Assembly (NCBI RefSeq): GCF_006345805.1
Contig: NW_021832933.1
Location: forward strand, 1 to 29,656
Length of the DNA: 29,656 nt
Source of the DNA: Octopus sinensis
Taxonomy: Eukaryota
Direction: 5' to 3'
In this document: positions 1 to 11,091 of the stretch, piece after piece
Layout of the letters: every line of letters starts with the position of its first letter
Numbering within the stretch: the stretch's first letter is position 1
Notes under the pieces: generated by a model
The model's database searches: none
What the model saw: only the letters and a program-made list of their open reading frames with translations
Told to the model about the DNA's origin: nothing
Made by a program: the position numbers and the translations under genes

Positions 1-801
1 GAATACTGTGTTCGATTGTTCTCAAATGTAAGCTCATTTCGAACCCAAATCCCTTGTTGCTATGTTTTCCCAATTTGTTTGAACATACTCGCGGACAGTT
101 GAACAGGACACGTTATATTTTTGCGTCAAATCTCAGATGCTTTGAGATAGATTATATAATATTTCTTTACTACCGACAAGGGCTAAACACAGAGGGGACA
201 AACAAGGACAGACAAAGGGATTAAGTCGATTACATCGACCTCAGTGCGCAACTGGTACTTAATTTATCGACCCCGAAAGGCGGAATTTGAACTCAGAACG
301 TAACGGCAGACCAAATACCTATTTCCTTATTACCCACAAGGGGCTAAACATAGAGGGGACAAACAAGGACAGACAGTCGATTACATCGACCCCAGTGCGT
401 AACTGGTACTTAATTTTTCGACCTCAAAAGGATGAAAGGCAAAGTCGACCTCGGTGGAATTTGAACTCAGAACGTAACGGCAGGCGAAATACCGCAAAGC
501 ATTTCGCCCAGCGTGCTAACGATTCTGCCAGCTCGCCGCCTTAGATAGATTCTATACTATAGCCTCATTAGAAACGGTCGTTATTCAGAGTGGGTCGTCT
601 TCCAGAGCGAGGCTTGTCGGATATGTCGCAATCGCCATCTTTAAACCATTTTAAAGACACAGCTGACATGTACGAGCTTTTCACTGCATCCGGTTACACT
701 TCACAAATGTTTTTCATCGCTACTCTAGCGATACTTCTCTTTCGAACTTCATACAATTAACAATGGGGAATATGTTGTTTCATGAAGTTCTTATCTTCCA
801 T
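1..801 (-). pseudogene. Decayed mariner-family transposase N-terminal half, interrupted by a SINE dimer at 160-542; runs off the window start
   Basis: Manual minus-strand translation from the ATG at 801 gives MEDKNFMKQHIPHC*LYEVRKRSIARVAMKNICEV*PDAV..., then WFKDGDCDISDKPRSGR (about 650-598), and after the SINE DLTQKYNVSCSTVREY...QIGKT*QQGIWVRNEL. These match the mariner HTH, the D/E-PRSGRP linker and the WVPHEL motif. Several stops and frameshifts. Confidence 0.85.
160..542 (-). mobile_element. Family A tRNA-derived SINE, head plus 2 tandem bodies
   Basis: Head with A-box-like TGGCAGAATCGTTAG and B-box-like GAGTTCAAATTCC; body repeated twice, the second with a deletion near 280. Flanked by an 18-bp TSD with 2 mismatches (145-162 AGATAGATTATATAATAT / 543-560 AGATAGATTCTATACTAT). 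Confidence 0.9.
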
Positions 802-1119
802 GATGTTACTCGCCGAAATATCTATGACACACTGCAGAATAGAATGGATGATATTGTAATTCTAGACAGTTGTCATTCATTCGACCGTGGCTCTGACGTG
901 ATTGGTTGATTACAGCATGCACCAAGATTACAGCATGCACCAGCTAGCAGACCAAGATTGATCAGCGCTTGGCCTCAGTCCAAATGCCAATCTGCTGATC
1001 ACACTGATCACCTGTTTCGAGCCAGAGTCATATACTTGGTTTCTCAGCAGATTCTACGAAATTTTATTTTATGTACGGCGTACTGGGTTTTACGTCAAAA
1101 AAAAAAGAAAATCGTGGAG

Positions 1120-1318
1120 TATATACGGATATATATATAAATATATATAAATGTATTACTTTCCAGTAAAAGATAGCCACATAGCGTCGTATTTATATCG
1201 ATTGCTATTTTCCAGTAAATATTGGTGACTTGTACCATTTATCTACTTTTACATATATATATTTATATATATATATATATATTATATATATATGTGTGGT
1301 GTGTGTGTGTGTGCATGC

Positions 1319-1350
<32 letters not shown>

Positions 1351-1915
1351 ACATACATATACATATATATAATATAAATAATATATATGCATATATACAT
1401 ATATATATATGTACATACCTTCATATATACGTATATATGAATGCATATATGGATATAAGACGTCAAAAAAGCGTGAAAAAAATGAAAAACAAGAATATAA
1501 AAAACAAAAACATGGAAAACGATATATACATACATGTATATATGTATGTGGAATTGAACCAATGCGTGTGTTAATTATATTGGAATTATGAACCTCCCTA
1601 GACACAACAGAATTTGTTTCAAAACACGAATTCACATAAAGATTATTGCAAACCGAATACAAAAAGGAAATTTATATTCATATATATATATATATGTATA
1701 TTTGTATCAATATATATATATATGTGTATGTACACCTATATATATTAACGTATACATACATAAATATGTATGTATGTATATAAATATATTCTATAACTAT
1801 ATTCACGTGTACATACATATATAAGTATCTATATATATGTATCTACATGTATGTTTGTGTATGTATCTATATATGTGTATATATTTATATGTATATATAC
1901 ATGTATATATGTGTA
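1120..1915. repeat. Compound (TA)n/(TG)n/(TATG)n microsatellite field with short non-repetitive inserts
   Basis: Direct reading; accounts for the Y/I/C/V/M-rich spurious ORFs here. Confidence 0.9.
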
Positions 1916-1966
1916 CGGGTTCACATGAACGGGAGCTGCTCGGCGGCAGAATGCCATCAGTTGATA

Positions 1967-2029
1967 AAATGGTTAATAGGCATATATGCCATACCCCAGG
2001 AGCTTTTGCTCCTTCATCAGTATCCATTC
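1967..2029 (-). ncRNA. Type I hammerhead-like motif with non-canonical core (GGGG in place of GAAA)
   Basis: Minus strand: GAATGGATA-CTGATGA-AGGAGC AAAA GCTCCT-GGGG TAT-GGCATATATGCC-TAT-TAACCATTT. Stem I pairs at 8 of 9 positions, stem II is a perfect 6 bp, and stem III is a 12-nt palindrome. Confidence 0.5.
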
Positions 2030-2437
2030 ACCCCATTAATCGTCCTCAAACGCATTGCTCATACCAATTTAGATATACCAATTTTACATATTAAACACAT
2101 TCCTGGAAGCTGATAGGTAAATGTTAATAATCTGTAGGGATACAGTATTTCATTATACTATCATAATATGCTACAAAGTATATCAAACGATTTTTTTTAA
2201 TGAATCCTGTGTTCTACTGTGTTAGCCGTGCTATTACAACACTTCTTAAGGTTATCTATACAGATATTCTATACATTCTGTTACGACGTTTCGTATCCAT
2301 GTCACCTGATATAAACAGAAATGATGATGATAATTATGAAGATGATGGCTATTATGATGATGGCCATTATTATAAAGTTCGCGATGATGTTGACGACGAT
2401 GATGATCATGGCGGTGGTGACGATGACGATGATATTG

Positions 2438-2670
2438 AAGGCGGCGAGCTGGCAGAAACGTTAGCACGTCGGGCGAAATGCTTAGCAGTATTTCGTCTGC
2501 CGTTACGTTGTGAGTTCAAATTCCGCCGAGGTCGACTTTACCTTTCATCCTTTCGGAGTAGATAAATTAAGTACCAATTACGCACTGGGGTCGATGTAAT
2601 CGACTTAGTACCTATGTCTGTCCTTGTTTGTCCCCTCCGTGTTTAGCCCCTTGTGGGTAATAAAGAAATA
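2438..2670 (+). mobile_element. Family A SINE, full-length monomer (~233 bp)
   Basis: AAGGCGGCGAGCTGGCAGAAACGTTAG...GAGTTCAAATTCC...CCTTTCATCCTTTCGGAGTAGATAAATTAAGTACC...AAAGAAATA. Possible short TSD G[A/C]TATTGA. Confidence 0.9.
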
Positions 2671-3120
2671 GCTATTGATGGCACCATTCGCTCGACGATA
2701 CCCACGATGGTTGTGATGCAGACAACAAGACGTCGATGATAGACACTACAAGCATTATCAGCTGGGCTGCTGATAATGCTTGTAATGTCGATAATGATGA
2801 TGTCGCTTATCTTCACGATGCTGTAGAAGTGGCTTTCATTGATTCGTAGCTTAAAACGGCCTCGGGAGGCAATCATAAAGAGACATATGGGAAATACAAT
2901 AAATACATTAATCAAAATTAATTAATAAAAGTAAATAGATGAAATAACAAAAACAACATTGAAACGCTTACACATGCAGGCGCATTCACGGGTGCATATG
3001 TGTATACGCAAAGAAATGCGCGCATGCACATATGCACCTATGTACAAAGGCGTATATGGAGACATGTATTTGAACGCAAGGAGGCAAGGTGTGGTAGCAT
3101 ATAACATTTCTTAGATCTCA

Positions 3121-3121
3121 A

Positions 3122-3165
<44 letters not shown>

Positions 3166-3598
3166 CGATTTACCAATACAAGCAAACGCTAGCGTATACA
3201 CATACACACATGCGCACACACATATATGTACATACATAGATATGCACAGATATACACAGATATATATGTATACGTACATATATACATACATATATATATT
3301 ATATATACACATATATGTATGTGTATATACACACACAGATATATATGTCTATATATATATATGTGTCTATACATATTGTCTCTCTCTACTAAGATATATA
3401 AATATATATATACATACATATATATATGCATATGTCTATATATATGTCTGTATATATATATGTATAAATATATATATGTGTCTATACATATGTATCTATA
3501 TATATATATATATCTATATATATATATAAATATTCTATATATATATATCTATACATGGGTGACTGTGTGTATGTTTGTTTGTCTCTATGTCTGTGTGT
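3121..3598. repeat. (CT)n/(TA)n/(CA)n degenerate microsatellite
   Basis: Direct reading. Confidence 0.9.
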
Positions 3599-3769
3599 AA
3601 TGACAGTAGAGTATTTCCCGAATTTGCCTTCAGCTGCAATAAAATACATCAAACCATAAATACGAGATGACATACTTAATACAATCTACGACAAACAACT
3701 TTTAATCAATGAATTTAAATTAAAAACGTAATGACAAGTAAAGTCATTTACATTAATGGCACGTATTTA

Positions 3770-4058
3770 TGATTATCATTATCATCATCATCATCATTAT
3801 TATATTATTATTATTATTATTATTACTAACTACTACTTACTATTATTATTATTATTATTAATATTATTAATATTATTATTATTATTATTATCATTATTAT
3901 TATTATTATTATATTATTAATTATCATTATTATTATTATTATCATCATTATTATTATTATTATTATTCTTATCATTATTATTATTATTATTACTATTATT
4001 ATTATTATTACTACAATTATTATTATCATTATCATTATTATTATTATTATCATTATCA

Positions 4059-4090
<32 letters not shown>

Positions 4091-4302
4091 CATCATCATT
4101 ATTATTATTATTATTATCATTATTATTATTATTATTTATTTCATTATTATTATTATTATCATCATCATCGTCATCATCATTATTATTCTTATTCTTATTA
4201 TTATTATTGTTATTGTTGTTATTATTGTTATTTTTATTATCATTATTATTATTATCATTATTATTATTGTTATTATTGTTATTATTTATTATTATTATTA
4301 TT

Positions 4303-4352
<50 letters not shown>

Positions 4353-4412
4353 TATTCTTATTCTTCTTCTTCTTCTTCTTCTTCTTCTTATGTTGTTGTT
4401 GTTGTTGTTGTT
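3770..4412. repeat. ~640-bp compound trinucleotide tract (ATT)n-(ATC)n-(CTT)n-(GTT)n
   Basis: Direct reading; source of the poly-I/N/L/M ORFs. Confidence 0.95.
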
Positions 4413-4612
4413 ATCATTCTCATTCGCTCAGCTTTCCCTGGTTTATCCATATCACGTCTCACATCCCGCAGCTTAGAGACGCAACATTTTATTCAACATA
4501 TGTGTTGTTCCAAGTATTGCTGCGATCTGAAATTCTTTCTAAGAAGCTTCATTTACAGACTTGAATGCCAGAATATTGCTTCTTTTTTCAGATGATCCCA
4601 AGATGATCGAAC
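4413..4612 (-). mobile_element. Decayed 3' end of an R4/Dong-like non-LTR retrotransposon
   Basis: Minus strand 4535-4473 reads EFQIAAILGTTHMLNKMLRL*, resembling the R4/Dong C-terminal LQKxAxLGTxxILRKVL*. A short 3' UTR then runs into (AAC)n/(AAG)n/(AAT)n. Confidence 0.65.
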
Positions 4613-4620
4613 ACAAGACG

Positions 4621-4651
<31 letters not shown>

Positions 4652-4865
4652 GTCTGTCTGTCTCTCTCCTCTCTCTTCTCTCTCTCTCTCTCTCTCCCAT
4701 ATCCCTCTGTGGTTTTCGCTCACTTCCAATTCTAAGTCTTGCTAATTCCTGACGTCCTCCACCTCCATCTTAAAAATATTTTTTGCAGATACGGGTCCAT
4801 CCTTTGGACTCATAACCGTTACTGCGAATCGAACAAAAAATAAAAACAAAGGAAAAAAACATGAT

Positions 4866-5270
4866 GAGTGGCTGTGTGGTAAGTAGCGTGCTAACCAACC
4901 ACATGGTTCCGGGTTCAGTCCCACTGCGTGGCACCTTGGGCAAGTGTCTTCTGCTATAGCCCCGGGCCGACCAATGCCTTGTGAGTGGATTTGGTAGACG
5001 GAAACTGAAAGAAGCCTGTCGTATATATATATATATATGTATGTGTGTATATGTTTGTGTGTCTGTGTTTGTCCCCTAAGAATTGCTTAACAACCGATGC
5101 TGGTGTGTTTACGTCCCCGTCACTTAGCGGTTCGGCAAAGAGACCGATAGAAAAGTACTACTGGGCTTACAAAGAATAAGTCCCGGGGTCGATTTGCTCG
5201 ACTAAAGGCGGTGCTCCAGCATGGCCGCAGTCAAATGACTGAAACAAGTAAAAGAGTAAAAGAGAGAGTA
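4866..5270 (+). mobile_element. Family B tRNA/CORE-type SINE with internal (TA)n(TG)n
   Basis: GAGTGGCTGTGTGGTAAG (A box), GGGTTCAGTCCC (B box), CORE-like GGCACCTTGGGCAAGTGTCTT, and a tail ending GACTGAAACAAGT(AAAAGAGT)n. A degenerate second tail follows at about 5278-5355. Confidence 0.9.
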
Positions 5271-6098
5271 TTACAGCGATCGACTTGTCCGACTAAAACC
5301 CTTGAAAGCATTGCTCCAGTATGGCCACAGTACAGTAACAAACAAATAAAAGATAAATTATACGTAGATTATTTACGTAGTTAACAGCTGTCATTAATCG
5401 CTGGCGTTATTATGTTTATTTATTGTTTCAAAAATTATTTTCTCTGACCAATCATAGATCCTGAACAGCTGAAATGAGAGTTTCACCATTTGCCTTTAAT
5501 GCCAATATTTGCGTTGCTGCTCCTTTTCATATTTTTTTATTCGGTTTTTGTCCAGTCTTTTAAATTATCGTAGTGAATTCTATTTCTTTTTTCTAATTTC
5601 TTCTGTCATTCCCATTCCGTCTCCCTTATTCTTCTTCCCTCCTCTGTCTTTCTCTCTCTCTCCTTCTCTTTCTTTCCTCCCTCTCTTCCTTCCTCTCTTT
5701 TCCCCGTATTTCGTATAAATATCTTTCGACATCCCAAACCGATTCTTTCGTTCGGTTTGGTTTTTTTTACTGTATTTAAATCGTATGTTTGCTGTATTAT
5801 CCTTATCTTAGTCTTTTCTCCGATACGCTTTTCCTTATCTAAATATTCATACCTACCACACGTAGCTTTTTCTTTCTACCTTTTGTCTTATATATACTTT
5901 TGTCACCACATTTTTTTATCATAATGCGTCTAAATTTGCTTGTTTTTAAGTATTTATCTAGATCCGCTGTGACATTATTGTTGTAAAATATAATATAATC
6001 TTGTGGTAGTATATATCTTATCTTTACCTGCTTTGTATGTAAAATGCTGGATGTATGGTTTATACCGGCTTCTTATCAACATTATTAATGTCTTTTAG

Positions 6099-6154
6099 TA
6101 TTATTATTATTACTATCATTATTATTATTATTGCTATTATTATTATTATTATTA

Positions 6155-6218
<64 letters not shown>
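6099..6218. repeat. (ATT)n microsatellite
   Basis: Direct reading. Confidence 0.95.
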
Positions 6219-6220
<2 letters not shown>

Positions 6221-7510
6221 TTACATAATTATTTTCCCAGCTTATGTAGTAAGCTGCCAGAATCGTTACCGCATCGGAGAAAACGTGTAGGGTCATGTTT
6301 TCCGACTCTTCACGTTTTGGGTTCACATTCTCTAGAGATCAATTTTGCGTGTATATATACATATGTGTGTGTGTGTATCTACCAATGTGTATATAAATAT
6401 ATAAGTGTGTGTGTGTGTGTGTTTGTGAATGCATCACAGGCATTTTGCTTCCAAACCACATGGCTCCGGTTTCAGTCCCACTGCGTGGCACCTCGGCCTG
6501 GCGGTGTCGTTTATTATATTAAGCGAGAAGCAAGAATTTTTGGAGACACTGAGGAAGAACTAGAAATGTAAATAAAACAATGAAACTAATCTTCTATTGA
6601 TCACCGAAAATCTTTCGAAGCAAGCAAATCTCCTCCTGGATATTGGACAAGCTACATATAAGTTTCACTAAGGAAATGTTTTATAGTCGTCGCTCCGTCA
6701 AAATGGAGCTATCAATGATATTGTATTTTAAATTGGGGATAAGAAAAATTTGGTCATTTTCTGTAGGAAAAGCGATATTACGACTCCTGAGGTGCGCAAA
6801 GAGCGAAATTTCACCGAAAAACGAATTTCTCGATACTCAATACATTATGGCCGCATCGAAAGGGAATCTCTGATCACTATTGTTTATCCGTCATCAGAGG
6901 ACGCCTTTTCTCTTAAGACGGTGTGTGTTCATAATACTCATAATTTACCGCTTTATCTGCGTTAAAGGACTTTGAGTCACCACGATGTTCCAACTTTGAT
7001 GTATTTCAAAGTCCACATAACCAGTGGTATAAATACACAGCGTCGAAATGGAAGAGGGGTTCTCCGATGACGGGGAAAACTGGGAAGAGCGATTCACATT
7101 CCAAGCTGCAACAGCGTATTAATACTGCACGAATATGTCATTCTTTAATGTTGTAATGTGAACTTTTATATCAACTTACTACTTTAGCTAACTGGGAATA
7201 TGCTAATGCCATGGAGTCAAACAGTCAATAGCTATAAATACTAAATAGATCTAATCCGTTTTCTAGATATGAAAGGTTTAAAATGAATCTATGAAACTCA
7301 ACAACTTATTTAGATATCAGGACATGAGATTAGTGTTGATATACACACAGACTCACATACATGGAGATATTCATACAAACATACACACACACACATACAC
7401 ACACACACACGCACACTCATGTACACACACATATATATATATGATTAGGAGTAAGTATTCAAATGTGAATATTTATATAGATATTATCAATGTTATTATC
7501 ATTATTATTA

Positions 7511-7648
7511 TATGTTTGACTTTTGCTTTATATTTGTACAAGTTGGCTCCAAGTCTCACCCGGAGACCTCAAGAGACAACAGGTTGGAAGTTCACGTTGT
7601 TGTTATGCCTAGTGTGCCATATATTTGGTTGTTTTTTATGTGTTGTTT

Positions 7649-7649
<1 letters not shown>
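7511..7649 (-). mobile_element. 5'-truncated 3' end of a (TAA)n-embedded retroelement (probable R4/Dong-type 3' UTR), copy 1
   Basis: Closely matches 25202-25325 (TATATGTTTGACTTTT...CCAAGTCTCACCC.GAGACCTCAAGAGACAAC). Both copies share the left boundary and have (ATT)n on both sides. Confidence 0.65.
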
Positions 7650-7709
<60 letters not shown>

Positions 7710-7982
7710 CTGCGGTGGAAAGTTCCATGCGAGCGTTGAAAAACATGGGGGTGGTAATGGAGTAGAAATTCATGTAAAAAGCGGGGCGATAGTGGGGTGG
7801 TGATTCATCTAAAAACAGCAAAATAATGGGTCCATTAGGTTAAGTTTTATTTGTGAAATACAGCTGCTTTGAATTTGCTTCAGAAAATGGTCTATATTTG
7901 TGATGGTTTGTTCGGGTGGGGGCTCTAGGAACGTGGCCTGGGTGTCAAGGGGCGGCAGCCCGAAAAAGTTTGAGAACCACTG
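7710..7982. mobile_element. Right end of a hAT/Charlie-like DNA transposon or MITE
   Basis: Ends in AAAAAGTTTGAGAACCACTG (7968-7982 is the reverse complement of CAGTGGTTCTCAAAC, the MER5/MER20-type TIR). No matching left TIR found; left boundary uncertain. Confidence 0.6.
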
Positions 7983-8103
7983 ATATAGAGAATTGATAAT
8001 AACAACGACAATAATATAGGTGGTTGCAGGCGTTAAATAGTGTTCGATACTGATTTACCTGGAGATTTTCAATCCACTTTCTAGAAGGTAGAAACCTCTG
8101 TGC

Positions 8104-8105
<2 letters not shown>

Positions 8106-8159
<54 letters not shown>

Positions 8160-8271
8160 CATGTATGCATGTATGTATGGTATGTATGTATGTATGTATG
8201 TATGTATGTTATGTATGTATGTATGTATGTGTGTGTGTATGTATATATGTATGTATAATGTATATAATATA

Positions 8272-8311
<40 letters not shown>

Positions 8312-8345
8312 GTGTGTGTGTGTGTTGTGTGTGTGTGTGTGTGTA
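8106..8345. repeat. (TA)n-(TATG)n-(TG)n microsatellite
   Basis: Direct reading. Confidence 0.95.
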
Positions 8346-8383
8346 TCTAAAAAGAAATGTAAATTGAGTTATCATAGACGAAG

Positions 8384-8772
8384 AAGTCGCTGTGTGAAAG
8401 GTTGTTAGCTTGTCAACCACATAGTTCCGGGTTCAGTCTCGGACAAGTGTCTTCTACTGTCGCCTCGGGCCGACCAGAGCCTTGCTAGTGGATTTGGTAG
8501 ACGGAAACTGAAAGAAGCCCGTCGTATATATATATATATACATAATATATATATGTCTGTGTGTGTGTGTTTCTGTGTCTGTCCCCACACCATCACTTGA
8601 CAACCAATGCTGGTGTGTTTATATCCCCTTAACATAGCGGTTCGGCAAAAAAAACAATAGAATAAGTATTAGGGTTACAAAGAAGAAGTCCTGGGGTGGA
8701 TTTGCCCGACTAAAGGCGGTGCTCCAGCATGGCCGCAGTCAAATGACTGAAACAAGTAAAGAAAAAATAGAA
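8384..8772 (+). mobile_element. Family B SINE, diverged head with a deletion
   Basis: Colinear with 4866-5270 but lacks CACTGCGTGGCACCTT. Confidence 0.88.
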
Positions 8773-9905
8773 GACTCTGTTAAAGTGAGTATACATTTTG
8801 TGACTCCCTATATATGTGTCTGTACTGAACATGTACAAACATGTCTAAATATCTTGTAAACAAATACATCCTGTGCTTGTCTGACTATTTATCAATCACG
8901 CCATCACGCCATCTATCGAAGGAGCCAAGGGATTTTGAATCTCACCTTCAAACAAATAAGTCATTGAACTATTCAACTAACACTTCAGTCATGTACCGGA
9001 CCACACATCGATCAAGTCATCCGACCTCCCATTCATCTAACCCAGTCGCTAACCACCCAGCCATCGTACTACTCATCCATCTCACAAGGCCATTGACCAT
9101 TCCGACACCCCATCCATCAAAGAAAGCTACTAACCAGCGAATCGTCCGTACCACCCAAACCTCCGAACCAACACTTCATCTAATCGACCTCACAGACATG
9201 AAACCATTATTCAGACACTGAGACAAAAACCTCAGGATATATTTATCAGTAAATTATATTATCGCTAATAATTTTACTAAACGACGCACAACCACAGGAA
9301 AAGATACCATCCATCCTGTCTTTAACCAACTTCCGCCATTTCTCTCATTTTCATTTGATTTTTTTCTGTTCTTCTTACTTTTTCTCGCCCCCCTTGTTTC
9401 TTCTGCTCTTTTTTCTTCCTTCCGTTCTTCTTTCCATTCTTACTAAGACACGAAAGAAAAAAGAAAGAGATTTTTCAAAATGGCGAATAAGAAAGAAGGC
9501 ACTTAAAAAAAAAAGTCATGGCGCCCCGTTTAGATTTTATAGTGCGCTCATATACAAGGTCAAATAACGTTTGAAGTTCAACTTGTGAACTTCAAAGTTC
9601 AAAGAGATTTCAAATGTAATTTAGGCTTCTTAAGAAATTTTAAAGCAGCCATGGAAATAAATAAAATAAAATAAAATAAAGAAAATATCTAAATAAATAA
9701 ATACAAAAATGAAAATAAAAAATAAATAAGAAATATGGAAATTTCGAAATTTTAATGGAATATTAAAAATGTTTTACGTTTCGTTTTCTCGTTTTTTTTA
9801 TAATTTTTTTCTGATGCTTTCTTGATTTAGACTTTGTATTATTTTCTTTGTTGTTGTGTTTGTGTTTATTTTGTTTACACAACGCCACACGAGGTTATAA
9901 AAACT

Positions 9906-9969
9906 GAAGAAGAAGAAGGAGGAGGAGGAGGAGGAGGAGGAGGAGGAGAAGGAGGAGAAGTAGAAGAAG

Positions 9970-10000
<31 letters not shown>

Positions 10001-10341
10001 TGATGTCAGTTGTGGTTGTGCTTATGGTAGATGTGATTGAGGTGGTGGGGGATTGTGATGGTGGTGGTTGTGGGGAATGAGAACGATGTCAGAGGCTACG
10101 ACGACAACGACGACGATGAGGAGGAGGGGGAGGAGGAGGAGGAAGAAGAAGAAGATTATGTGGTGATGGCAACGACACAGATAGGAAAGTTATTGACGGT
10201 CTTGACACTTATGATGAAATAATACAATGTTGACGAGGAGGAGGAGGAGAAGAAGAAGAAGAAGAAGAAGAAGAAGAAGAAGAAGAAGAAGAGAAGAAGA
10301 AGAAGGAGGGTAGGAAAGTGTTGTCAGTATGTTGATAATGG

Positions 10342-10392
<51 letters not shown>

Positions 10393-10404
10393 GGTTGATG
10401 ATGA
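9906..10404. repeat. Purine-rich (GAA)n/(GGA)n/(GAT)n microsatellite cluster
   Basis: Direct reading. Confidence 0.9.
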
Positions 10405-10418
10405 TATTTTTACTCACT

Positions 10419-10620
10419 GTCGGAGCCCTGGGAAGAGTGAGTAAAATCTTTGAGAAATACATGGAAGAAATAGGGGCTGCAATAAGGGTGGAGCACTTGC
10501 AGAAAACAGCAATGCTTGGACCCGCTCGAATACTCCGGAAGGTGCTCGAAAAATAAGGGGTGTTACCTTAGTTCACTGGTAGTGAACAGCTGACACCGTA
10601 GGACATCTCCAGTGTTAGGA
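10419..10620 (+). mobile_element. 3' end of an R4/Dong-clade LINE (end of restriction-like endonuclease ORF plus 3' UTR)
   Basis: 10419-10556 encodes VGALGRVSKIFEKYMEEIGAAIRVEHLQKTAMLGPARILRKVLEK*, matching the R4/Dong/Rex6 C-terminal pattern GALG...LQK.A.LG.ARILRKVL. 5'-truncated against a (GAT)n tract. Confidence 0.85.
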
Positions 10621-10709
10621 GATGTACTTCGATGTCAGGAGAACCACCAACAAGATCTCTGTCAGATATATAGAAATACAAACAAGAGAAATCAGATACA
10701 CAGTAATTA

Positions 10710-10922
10710 TTTCAGATTTGGAAACAAGACCAACAATTTTTAGCGATGAGGGTTCGTCGATAGAATCAACCCCAGGATTTTACTGATGCCTGATTTTATT
10801 GTCTTTGAGAGAAGGGAAAGCAAAAGTGTCCACGGTGAAGATTAATCCCAAGACGTACATCGCCGGGATGAATAACTCAAGTTATTTTGTTCTACGCACA
10901 TCTCAGTAAGCGCGCTGCTCAC
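10710..10922 (-). mobile_element. Old, highly diverged family A-like SINE
   Basis: Residual TTTCAGATTTGG..ACAAGACCAACAATTT tail and GAAAGCAAAAGTGTCCACGGTG core. Confidence 0.55.
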
Positions 10923-11091
10923 TTTTTTTTTTGTAGATAAATATTTCATTTCTAATGTAGGCAGGAGACCAGTAAATATGAGGGCAGAGGTTACTGGATT
11001 ATATGATTTTACTATTTGACTTTATCTTTATTTCTCGACCTTGAATCGATGAAAGGCAACACTCCCTTCGTCGTTGTCATCAACTAGTGTT

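Noticed and set aside
908-942. 17-bp direct repeat GATTACAGCATGCACCA x2
   Set aside because: A simple local tandem duplication upstream of the mariner relic, with no further structure.
6549-6575. CTGAGGA...GAAA hammerhead-like match (similar CTGANGA hits near 6891, 20528, 24798 and 24974)
   Set aside because: No compatible stems I and III, or no correctly placed GAAA.
6500-7140. Coding-looking unique stretch
   Set aside because: Frames are interrupted and I recognise no protein motif; it may be old TE debris but cannot be assigned.
8841-9221. 126-aa H/P/T/S-rich ORF
   Set aside because: Its composition is explained by a decayed (CCAT)n/(CCAA)n-like repeat.
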